The position numbers and the translations under genes are program-made. The notes below the pieces were generated by a model that had not been told where the DNA came from, made no database searches, and saw only the letters and a list, made by a program, of their open reading frames with translations. A DNA stretch of 64,000 nt from Paragordius varius (Eukaryota; Animalia; Nematomorpha): positions 7,316,001 through 7,380,000 of the forward strand of contig OZ176055.1 of NCBI GenBank assembly GCA_964247055.1, in the 5' to 3' direction. Shown piece after piece: positions 47,803 through 60,596 of the stretch (positions within the stretch are counted from its first letter, which is position 1; every line of letters starts with the position of its first letter).

Positions 47803-50700
47803 TTATATATATATAAATATAATTGACATTTCGTTTCATATGAATTGATCTTATGATGAAGGCGAACAATAATGATTAAAAAAATAATTGTTAATCTAGG
47901 CGAATTTTACAATACAGATTCTAACGGATTTAAAATTTATGATAATTTATGTAATGCAATTTATTTAACCGTAAAATATTAATAAATGAGATTTTGGAAA
48001 GGAAGGAGGCAACTAAAAGAAAATATATCTTTTATATAAAAATTTTCTGGCTTTTGATATTGCATAATTATCAATTATATCATTCAAATCTATCATAAAT
48101 TTTTCTTTCCACCCTATAATGTTAAGCCATTCAAACACTCTTGACTCATCATCAATCGCAGAAATTAATTTCAATTTGCTGAATGACCCTTAACAACTAG
48201 CGACTGACGTTGAAATAGTTAAAAGTATTTGAAGTGCAATATTTAAATTAGGGAACACATCTTCACCGTATGATATTATAAATGTTAAGAGTTTTAACGG
48301 AGTTTAAATGACATTTTTTCGACTGAGAAGTAATATCCTACAATCACAAATTTTTATAAAAAGATCTCATTAAAATCTGTATTGTAAAATTCGCCTATAG
48401 ATTTACAATTATTTTTAAATCACAATTGTTATTTCAATAATTTTTCAAAATGAGCTACATGAGTAAAGCTATTTTGATGCTGAGTCAACTAGATACATTA
48501 TACTTTCAACATGTCCTCGAAAACGGAGATTTTGAGTGATTAAAAATTTCATACAGACCCATATTTGATGTAAAATATTTCGCCATCGATCCTTTTCCGA
48601 TTATGTGAGCCTCTAGAGCAGCTTTCTGCCTCTTTCTAAGTAGAAAATGCTTCCGATGATTAAGGCTATGGATTAATTATTTATTTTTTTTCCTCCATTG
48701 AAACCATGCGTAGTTATAAAAGATGATGGTAAATAATTAGATCGATCAAAAAGTGGGCAATAAAAACAATAAGCAGATCTGTTCTTTGGTCAATTCAACT
48801 TGAAATCCTTCTTTTTTACCAATATGTCGAAAAAACCAAGATTGGGGCATTGGACGATGATTGTTTCTTTCAAAGAGATTAAATTTATTTTGAAATCGTT
48901 GAGATCCACGAATAATCATTTCTATGGGAAGTTGATAAGATATTACGGGAACATTATTATTAGTAAATTTTAAAAAGGCAACATCATTTAACTCTATAGG
49001 TATAGCGCTTGGAATTACCAATGGTATATTTGTAGTTTTCTCATCTCTATTTATTAAATCAATAACGGTTAAGTATAAAGTAAGGTGTATCGTTATGTTT
49101 GTGTCGCATAAACTTTTTTCAATGTTATGGTCAGATATTTTCGTTAAAAGATTTCATACTCATTCGCATTTTATTTTATTATCTTCGTAGATTTTACGTT
49201 TCCTATTCGTAACCACTGAGTTTAGGCATTGATATCTAATGAAAATGAAAGTATAAAAAATACAATATTAATAACACTACCTTGTTAGAGATGAAATGAT
49301 TTTGGGGATTTAATTAAATAAAATTGGGTTTTTAAATTGAATATGATTAAAATAAAAATGCAATTATAAATTATATAAATAAGAGATATGGTTTTGAACT
49401 GAGAGAAAAGTTAAAATAATTTAATTAAAGTCAATAAAAGAATTAACAATATTTGCCCGATAAAGAAATGTTTTTTGAGCGAAAAAAAGTTTGCACATGT
49501 TGAAGGGAATACCTACATGAAAGTTGTTTTTTGCATAATGTTTGCTCTTGATCTCATTCATATATTTAGATATTATTTTAGGGATTATTACGTAAATTGC
49601 TAAAAAACTTACTTAATAGTTGTTATTATTTTTAATTTAAATTAAATATATTTAGGCGCCCCTAAATAACGGCGCCCGGGGCATGATGCACCCCCTTGCC
49701 CCCCCATCGGTACGCCACTGTTTACTTTATTCACAGTGGCTGATAAATTCTCAAATTCCTCAAAACTGAGGGCTAGGTCAACCAACATTTGTAAAGTTAA
49801 TGGTGTTCCTTTGCCTAAGGGATATTTGACGTGTTGCTCTCTTTCCAATCTTGGCTGGAACTTACAATAAGCATATCTCTTATCTTGTTGGCAATATCAG
49901 AATCAAAACCTGCATTATCAGCTAGGATTTTTAGTCTTTCTGAATACGACAAAATCGGTTCATTTTCCCCCCGACGAATAGGAAAAAATGCTCACCGTTT
50001 GGCGCATATATCTGGACCGCTATTTTATAGATCTCTGGGCATTCTAGAGCACCTATGTTGTCCGGATATAATATGTTTTCAATTTGTTCAAAATTTTTAT
50101 TCCACCAAATGCAAGGAACAATTTTTTCACAGCATCATTGGTGATCGGCATCAGCAAGAAGTTGGATGTGCTTGACGTAATTTTTGAAATTCAATGATTC
50201 ATCAAAAGGCTCCAGAATTATCCGATTTATGGGGTGTGCATTATTAACTGCGAATTCGGAATCTCCATGCAAGGAATAATTTTCCTCGTCAATAATAATT
50301 CGAATAGAAAAACAATTTATTGTTTATATATCATAAAAAATGATTGTTTGTATAGATTATTTTAATCAAATCTTAGAACAAAACACGGAAGTTATCATAA
50401 TAATATTGTAGTCAATTTAATATAAACAATTCGTTGAATCATGACGCACGCGTATAATGTTATTGCGCATAATAAAAAAATAATGCACAAATAATATAAC
50501 ATATCAATAATAATACAACGCTTCAACACCATATACATATAGTATACATAAAGAGCAATACTGGTAATAAAACAAACATTTGAAGTAATGGGCTGGCTGT
50601 AGCTTATATATAATATATATAAACAAAGGGTTATTAAGCAATTTTTTTATTTTGAATAAAAAATAAATTTATCAAACAAAAAAACATTACAATCTCAAGT

Positions 50701-53700
50701 ATGGCAACATCCAAAATGAATTTGTATGCAATGTCCATTGGGATTATGATTATGTTGGCACTATTCCCTGAAGCAACAGGTAGGTACCCCATAATTTTAA
50801 ATTTACACAGCCATATTTTTATTAAAACGGTTTTATTAAATGCATACTATGAAGTTAAGCAATATTAAAAAATATTATTTGAAAGTTGTTAGTACCATTT
50901 AACCTCGCACCTAAACTTCAAGATATAATTTAAATATGCCTTCTAATTTTTCACAATATTTTGTGTATATTGCCAATACAATATCCACATTTCATCTTTA
51001 AGGTCGAGGTGCATGGTTCAATGCAGGGATGTCCAGCACGCTTTTTTCCTCAAAAATACCCTAAAAATGTTAAAAATATATAAAAATATATTTCTATCAA
51101 AATTTACGATTATGAAGAAGATATATCATCTAAAATTGAGCCCAAAATAAACTTATAAACCCAAAATCAAAACAGTTTCGAAGATATTTGTGTTGGACTC
51201 CCCTGCTTTAAGGCAAGTAAATTATATATCATAAATGCGTTACCACCCAACATTGTAATATGTTTTTCTTGGAATTGTACCATATTTCTATTTATTTTTT
51301 CTTTATCTCTAAAAATAAATAATATTAATGATATATATATATTTATAGTCTAGTCCTTTTTTTATTTAAGGGTAAAGATTTAAGGATCTGTAAAAGCTTA
51401 CATTTGCCCACCCAGGGCTGACAAAGGTGATGGAAAAATTCCAAAGTTTTGAAGTTCGAACGTTGGCAGTATTAGAGTTCGGTTCCCTACCTGCTATTCA
51501 GGAAAATTCTTTATAATATGGCTTTTCACTGCTTATATTTGGCATGGATTCGTTTTATATTTTAACTCCAATATATAATTTTTTTACATTTTTTATAATG
51601 TATAGATGCTGCCGCTTGCGCTAATTGCGTGTTTGGTGGAGTAACCACAGGCTGTTCACAGACTCGGAATTACTCATTGACTAGAGCTTTTCAGGGTATG
51701 TTTTTGTAGAGTTTGTTCAGAGATTTATTAAATGGAAAAAAATAGTGTAACACGGCCGCCCACAAAAGTTTTTTTTTATTAATTATACATCTTTTGATAA
51801 CTAAAAATGTCAGGATATGGAATAACGAAATGATAAATGCAGTCAGGATACTAAAATAATATTTTAAATTTTCTCCTATCAGCCACAATATATCGCACTT
51901 TTAACGTATATTAGGTCAAATTAAATTATATATGAAACCACGTTTAAATCCTATATGCTAATGTGTATCATAAAGACAATATTCAACACAAAATGTTTTT
52001 AAACTTTATACATTATACCATAGAAGTTTTTAAATAAGTAATTACTTTGCCGTCTAAATTAACTCTAAAAACCTTGTGATTATGCGGTAAAAAAACTTAA
52101 TATTTAAAATAATTTTTTTACTAATTTACGCTAAAGCAAAAGTAGCGTACAATTCATAATACATATAATAATGCCGAAAAAACTATCGACTCAGCCTTTT
52201 AAATTTAACGGTTTTTAATGCCCAAAAACTATTATAAAGGCCCCAATAGCGTAAAATATTCAATGAAAGTTTTCGGATATAAAAATAAAACAAATCAAAA
52301 CACTAAAATGAATTTAGCAACTAATATATATATTGGAGGCGTTTAATAATTATACGATACTCCGACTTAGGTGCAAAGCTAATTATCAAAATAAGTATTT
52401 ACACAGTACCCTTCGTAACACTTTTCACAAAAACATCGTCATAAGTCATATAGGTTATGATAAAAATATCTATTAAGATTTTCATAATACTAAGGATTTT
52501 AACAAAAATTTTACTTGTATGGAAATGGCCCACATATAGGAAAAAAAGATCATGATGCCTAATGAATTTTTTTTCGTGCTATCCATTTATGTTTAAATTA
52601 AAATATATTATAAACTAGATATAAATAGTAATAAAATATTTATAGTAAACATTTGTTATGATATGTCAGAGCTAAAAGCTTCAAATACTTACAGTCATGT
52701 AGACTTTATTGTGTTAAAGGTTTACTTTTTTTCGTTAATTGGGTATTAATATTTGGTAAAGAATATAAAAACAAGAGCTATATGGTATACCATATCATAT
52801 TCTTTAAAAAAGTAAAAGAAGTGTAGGGGAAGGGCGCCGGAAATCTTTGGTAACAAATGAAAATACACTAACTCTTACTTCACTTAAAATTATTGTATAA
52901 AAGGGTTAGGAAAATCGTAATTTTTATCTCAATTATAATTTTTTTTGTTTTGATATGGGAACGATTTAAAATATGCTATATTAAATAATCATAAAATTAA
53001 ATTCTTTAAAAAATATATCAAAACCATTGTAAAATTTTCCACTTTTATAAGAAACATAAATATATAAAAAATTTATTCAAAAATACTTGATGTTAGTTAT
53101 TTTAAGCTGACAAATGGTAAAAATTTAGTCAACGTGACCTGTGTAATACAAATAAACCGCTTTATCTATTTCTATCAATGTAAGTATAATTTAAATAAAA
53201 AATTAAATTTAATTTTACCCTTAACACTTAATGAAGACGATATTTAGCAAATATTTTGTAAAATAAAAATGGTGTCGAAGTTGTTTCACATGTAACTTTT
53301 TTCAAAACCAAATTTTATTTAGATATTTTGGCATATTTATGCAATTTTTATTAGGAAAGAAGCATAAATTTAAATTGGGACCGTTTCTTACACTAGTTTA
53401 TTAAAAATATTAACTCAAATTTTGTCTGGGGTATATTTGGATACCCCATTTTAGGTGTTAAATAATTTTATCAAAAAAATTAATATATAAAATTTGGCAA
53501 AAAATTAACAAAAATATTACCATTCCCCTTTAACAATATTAATTTTCATTTTTTACCAAAGATTTCTGACGCCCTTTCCCCACACTTCTTTTAATTTTTT
53601 AAAGAATATGATATGGTATACCATATAGCTCTTGTTTTTATATTCTTTACCAAATATTAATACCCAATTAACGAAAAAAAGTAAATCTTTAACACAATAA

Positions 53701-56700
53701 AGTCTACATGACTGTATTTTTATTTTCGTAAAATAAGCTAAAGACTTGATGCGCCATAATAATTTCTAATGTTTGCTGGAGCATGATGTTAAAAATCGTT
53801 TTAAAATTTAATTTTTGGCTATATACTGGTGAAGATTATTTATGGTATAGAAAACAGTATGAAAACACTTTTGATAACCCTTAACACCTCAAAATTATAA
53901 TTTAAAAAAGTTTTTTCAAATCGAAATGGATTTTTTAAAATATTTGGAATTAAATTCATTCAAGACAAATTTATTTAGGAGAAATCTGACATGATAGAAA
54001 CGAGCATCATCAAATTACGTATAAAAAGTAATGTTAATATTTTAAATTATTTTAATTGGATACAACACATTCATTTTAATCCTTCTATTCAAATTGGGGT
54101 AGTATAATTTAAAAAATATGGAATGAATTGAAACCTTGGCAAAAATTTGCGCATTTATTACATTAATGAACCGAAATATATAAAAAATTTCATTCAAAAA
54201 TACTTGATATTACATATTTTTAACTAAAACCTCAAGGTAAAAATTTAGTCAACGTTACATGTTTGCCTTAGCTAAATTTAAAAATAATACAAAGTAAACC
54301 ATTTATTCTTTTTCTATCAATGTTGGATGTGATTTAAAAAAAATAGCTTTAATTTTAGCTATATCAAATAAACACTATATTTTGCAAAAATGTTGTAAAA
54401 TAAAAATGGCGCCGAAGTAGTTTGATATGGAACTTTTTTTCAAAACCAAATTTTATTTAGACATTCCGGCTTATTTATATAATTTGGTTGATAGAAGCAT
54501 AAATTTATATTGGGACCATTTCTTTCAGTAGTTTTTTAAAAAAATAAATTTAAATATAGTCTGGGATATTCAGATACCCCAATTTGAATCGAAGTGTTAA
54601 ACTGTTTTTATCATGCTTGTCGAGCACATAGACTATTTTTAGATACTACAAATCAAAATAAGTTACTATTTAATAATGTTTTGCTTGTCACATAATATTT
54701 TGAACTAATTTTGTAATAAACTGTTTAGTTTCCGCTAAATAAATATTTGGCATTACTCGAGATATTTTATATTTTAAGCTTTTATTAACGGGGTAATAGA
54801 AAATTTATGATAAATAAAATAAAACCTACAATCATGCATAAACACAAATTTATCAGCTCTAATTTAGGTTTTTTAATGATCTGAAAAAATACATTTTAAT
54901 CAGTAGTAATTTCCGTTTACCAGGTAGCGTTATGAGTAAGGTGACCAGACGTCCCGCTTTTTCACACTTTGTCCCGCGTCCCGTTACGGTTTTGAAATGT
55001 CCCGCTTTTTCACGATCATAAAAAAAATGTTTTTTGAAATACATTTTAATATAAAAATTTATTTTTTTATCCGTTTTAACTTTTTATAATTTTATCTTTT
55101 ATATCTATATCAATTTTAAATTAAAATTTTTTAAAATTAAAAATATTTATTTTTTTCGAATTTAAATCATATGATTATACACTTTGTTCCTACTCCTACT
55201 GCAACATTATCAAAAAGACAAATTAATACCACAAATCGGTAGCTTATTTACTCCAGAAAATTAAGGTAATATAATATTTTTTATACTAATATTAGTAGTA
55301 TGAGTATAAAAGAGGTTGTAAATTCAACGATGAATTAATAAAAGAATCTCCTTTTATCAAAAAAACGAAGAATAAATCATTTTTAAATGTTCTTTGTGCT
55401 GGGGGAATTCACATAGCACATGTCGGCAAGCATGATATTACAAAGCATATGGAAGCACAGTAACATAAAAAATATTTAGATATGGCGGAATCCTCTTACA
55501 AAATGAAGAATTTTTATCGAAAAACCGCTTTTGGAGAGGAAGAAAAGAATTTGGCACTACCCGAAGCGTTTTATCTTTCCACGCCGTTAATCACAATCTA
55601 TCCTTTAGATCTATGGATTTTACCTCACAGGTTATTCGTACCCTATTCAAAAAAAATTATGTGTGCCCGTACAAAAGCTAAAGCCTTTGTATGCAATGTC
55701 CTTTCGCCACATGCGTTTGCTCAAATACAAAAAGATTTGCTGAAAATCAATTTCATATCACTATACTCTGCATATCACAAGGAAACAAAATTATTTCCCA
55801 CTTTAATAAGATATTTTGATCCAACCGGAGTAAAAATTAAAATTTTCGATTTTTTCTCTACCCGGTAAAAATTCCGACATAATTTATACTTCAATAATAA
55901 ACATTCTAGAAAAAACAATTTAAAAGACAAAAACATCGCATATTGCGCTGACAACACCAATACGAACTTCGGTGGAAAAGCAAGGAGGGAAACGAAAAAT
56001 ATTTTTCATAAATTAGCAGATAATCTTAATCAAAACATTATTGGCGTTGGGTGTGCAGCGTATATAATACACAACACTATTCAAACAGCCGCGGATTTGT
56101 AATGCCTAGATGTGAAAAATGTAGTTGTTAAAATTATATATACACGGTACGCTTTGAAACGCTCAAGGAATTCTGTGAAAATGCAGAAGTTCAATATCAA
56201 AAAATGCTTGGATTAAAACTCGTTGGTTAGCTCTGCCAGCTATCTAAAGAATTTTAAAAATGTATGATCCTTTTAAATCTTTTTTTATCACAGGACAAAT
56301 GTCCTACAACTATAAAAAAGTTTTTTGAAAGTGATTCTTTAAAAATAGGTTAGAATTCTTAATCAAGCTTCTCTCTTTCAAAATATTATTAAATTTATAA
56401 AAGGTGACAAAATTTCGGCAATCGAAGTAGCCAATGAAGTTAGTAACCTAAAATTCCAATGTCTTATAAGATTATTTAGAAGCGATTTAATGAAATTGCT
56501 CATTTTTATTGGATAACATTAAAACCAAAATTTAATTGGTGCGATGTTCAAAAATCATTTGATTACATCTGCATCTCCCAAAAATTCCCAACACGTAATC
56601 TTTCAGAAAATGATTTTTTTTCTTAAGTATCATTAGTTAAAAAATATTAATAATGAAAAACTTAAATTATGGACAACTGAAAAAAATACAGTAGAAAAGA

Positions 56701-59700
56701 AATGGCTAGAAATATTTCATCATTTTGAACAAAACTATGTTCCACACAATAATATTTTAAAAAGGCACTATCTTTACCTGGGACCAACACTGCTAATGAG
56801 CGTGTTTTTTTCCATAGTGTATCAGGTGTGGACATCGGTCAAATTTAAATGTTGAAACTTTAAAGGCCATTTTATCTGTCAAATATAACTTGACAAATTC
56901 TTGTGAAGACTTCAACAATATTTTAAAAAAGATGACAATCTGCTAAACGCAAATCAAATAAAAAATATACCAAAAAATGAAATATTTTTTTATATTTATA
57001 ATCTATTTGTTTTAAAAATAAATCAATATTACAATAAATTTTTGCTTAAAAATCTTTGGTTGTACACCCTCTCCCATGCCCTTCCCCCTTCTCTTTGTCC
57101 CGCTTTTTCGTTCAAAAAATCTGGTCACCTTAGTTATGAGACGTATTAACATAAAATTTAGTTATCAATTTTCTCTTTTGTTTTAAATTATCGACCAAAT
57201 TGAATCTTGACTATATCTGAAAATAATTTTTCTAGAATTTTATCATCTTTATCATTTTGATATACATTAGCCTGTAGTTTTAGCTTCTAGAAAACTTGGT
57301 TTTAAGCAGTTAGATACTTTGTTGTATGTATTGATTTTTGTTTGCTTTCAATTTATTGTAAAAAAACGTAAAAGTAGTTTAACTCTAAAATGCATTAGCC
57401 GATTCGCTAATTGTCAAGCACAAATTTAAAATGATACAAAGATTAAAAATTTTAAAAACGAAGTATGATTTAATTAATTTTTAATTTCTATTTTAATGCG
57501 CAGGTTCAAACCCATTTGAAGGGCTTTGTGTGTACAGGAGAGCCGCGGGCGTAGTTGGACCTTGCTTTATAAATGTCTATTTCCCTGCCATTTATAACAT
57601 CAGTAAGTATTTAATAAATATAACTTCTTTAATAATATGAGAATTTAGAAAATGCAAATTTATCGATATAAAAATAGTTATCAAGGCAAAAATCGAAAAA
57701 CCGTTTGATTATATGTAAATTAAAATCATGTCATGATTTATAAATATAAAAATATATATAAGAAACCAAATATTTATGTTATAGCTAAGAATCAATAAAA
57801 TTAAGGGAATGTATCAGGATTGGGCTTTTGGTTTACGCCCTTACGGTTGATTAAAAAACGTTTAAACTTTTGTGGTAAGTGCTCCATATCAGAAAATAAT
57901 GTCAAAATTTACGCACATTTTTTTAAATAAATTTTTTTGATGAAGCTAAATGCTTCATTCGAAAATGCTAAAATATAACATATCTAAATATTAAAAGCAA
58001 AACAATATTAAAATAAAATCAATTTTTAGATGTAGGCTATAAAAATTTCAAATTTTTTTGCTCCAAATGTGCTAGGATGATAATTTGATTATATGCTAAA
58101 TTTTGATATCAATCAAAATTTTCTATGCATGATTTTTCAAAAATTTAACTAGAAAAATTTTGTTAAAGCGTACTCCATACTATTTTGAGGCATGAGGAAC
58201 GATATAAAAACGTTTTCTATATAAAACATTTCTATCACCTCAGAATCTTTATTTTATATTCCTTCGCCTTAAAATTTATGTTAAATACAAATCTTTTTTT
58301 ACGAAATTTCTCCCAAGTTTCCAAGCAAACAATTATGAAGACAAAGTAATGTTCAATTATCTTGAATGATAAAGAAAAAGTGTTTTTATAATATCTTAAA
58401 ACATTTTATACCGTTACCACCAAGCAAATACCATAAAAACGCTTCACCACTTGATATAAATTAAATTTTTGAGCAAAATTATTTTTTTCGGATATTTTTG
58501 GTCTCAAAATTTAGCATATATTAAAAATATTTATCACGCAGTCTCGGCGGTTTTGTGTTTATTGACAGAAATGGCCCATAAGAGCAAAAAATTTGGTACT
58601 TTAGGAGCGGGAAATTAAAATTTATATGAAATTATTTTGCTTTTTATATGTAATTTATGATATATTTTATTGATATTTTTTTTGAATGAAGCATTTGGCC
58701 TTCACCAAAAAAATTTATAAAATATGCGCAAATTTTGCCATTTTCGATATAGAACACTCACCACACAAATGTAAATAACTTTCTAACATCCTTCGTAGGG
58801 GACAAAATTAAAAGCATAATTATAATCCTGATACATTTTCCTATAAAATATATATTTTCTCAGGATACTTGTTTATACCCCCAATTTTGAACGCAGTGTT
58901 TATCAATTGGGTTCTTTTGTTATTCGTAAACGGTTAAACATTTGTTTTGTTAATTTGGAATGCTTTAATAAAAACTAACATTTCGAATCGAATTAGGGTA
59001 TGTGACTCCCCATATTTAAATTTTATACATGAAAAAGTGCTGAAAGAGACGAATACAATTAAAATCTATTACTAACCTAATTAAATTATATGAATTAGCT
59101 AAAATATTAATAAAATTTGGTATTGAAAACCATATAGAAGCTTCGATACCTTTTTTATATCACAACATTTTTTCAGGATATCATCGTATTTTTGGATTCA
59201 AGTGCGCTCAATTTAAACTTATTTATTAAAATCTTATCAAACATTAAGATAAATAGAAAAATGATTTATTTTGCATTATTTTATATTTAAGTGCAAACAT
59301 GTCATGTGTTAATTTTTACCATCATGTTTACCCATAAAAGTAACGTCAAGTTTTTTGAAAGTTTCTTTTTTTGTATTTCCGTGCATCAATGTTACATAAG
59401 TGCAAAATTTTACAATTAATCCATGCCATTTTGAGATATTTCAATTTAAACCGGCCTAAGGTCATCATCCAAGGCCCTTATTATTTAAATAAAATGACTA
59501 AATGTGTTGTATCCAAGTTTAAGCGTTTTTGTTTTTCAATAAATATTTAAATATTCAAATGAATTTAAAAACTACTTCAAATTCATATTTTTTTGCTATT
59601 TTGATTTTATCATTTATGGAATAATTTATCTAGACGTTCCAAACGTTATCAACATTTGTTTTTAAGTTGATAAATGATCTTCTTTAAGTCACTGTTAGCA

Positions 59701-60546
59701 GAAGTTTTTGCTGTTGATGTGATTATTTTAAATATTCCAATAACATTTTCAAAACTTTAATAGTAATTAAACTCGCAAAACTCAAATTCCCAATCAAACA
59801 CACTTTTACATTTGATAAATTGCGTTAAAATAATAGCTAAATTTAATAAGCATGTATGATCACTTATTACTCCATTTTTTTTGTAAAAATTGTCAATTGC
59901 TTAAGTAGTTACTCTCGAACCATAGTTAAATTTATATCATGCATGGATAACGTAATAATAAAACTATCCAAGATTAGTGTTGATAAATACTATACCAATT
60001 ACAGTTCAAATTCACCCTTGAACAATCCAAATTCACCCTCGAATTCAAATTCACCCTAGAACAATTCAAATTCACCCTAAAATAATTATTTACTGAAAAT
60101 AATAAACTATGGCATAAGGAATATTACATATTAATAATGAGTTATATTCGCCCAAAAACAATTAATTATTTTTAGGGTGAATTTGAACCGTAAATGGACT
60201 GTTAAAGAGTCTTATAAATGAATAAGCTCATAAAATCGTGTTTAGTTATTAATTGAAAATGAAAGCTTTTTTATGTTAATTCGGCTAAACTTTTCAAAAA
60301 ACACATTTTATATCGTGAAGTGTGAGAATGCATTAGATTTATAAATTCTCTCTCTATTTTCAAAAGCGGGTATATTGATACCTGCAGCGGGAGTAAAGAA
60401 AAATTTTACCGTTCCGACAACGGCTCCTCAGGATGGGGTTAATATTGTTGCAACCAATCCTCCAACAATTGGCGATCAAAGGGGATATCTTGTGAATAAC
60501 ATCCCCGACACTGTGGGAAATAGTGTGTGCTTTCTGGTATTTTTTC

Positions 60547-60596
<50 letters not shown>

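Larger units (their letters stand above)
46235..49720 (-). mobile_element. hAT element (ZMYM1/TTF-type relic) inserted in Gypsy gag
   Basis: 14-bp TIRs CAGTGGCGTACCGA / TCGGTACGCCACTG with a perfect 8-bp TSD TTTACTTT (46227-46234, 49721-49728). Dimerisation-domain relic ALQILLTISTSVASC*GSFSKLKLIS at ~48160-48245. Confidence 0.92.
45440..50490 (-). mobile_element. Ty3/Gypsy LTR-retrotransposon relic (gag, protease, start of RT), split by a hAT insertion
   Basis: Gag-like SYSERLKILADNAGF...KIRDMLI (~49870-49950). Zn-knuckle-like CSICG...KCPAWKK (~46120-46170). Protease MIFDTGADFCLI and IFGLPWI. RT start ELDRLLDLGIIEPVD...CWSTPTV. PBS-like TGACGAGGA at ~50283-50291, followed by a possible LTR (~50300-50490). 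Gag reads through ATVNKVKVSKSH once the hAT and one TSD are removed. Confidence 0.88.
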
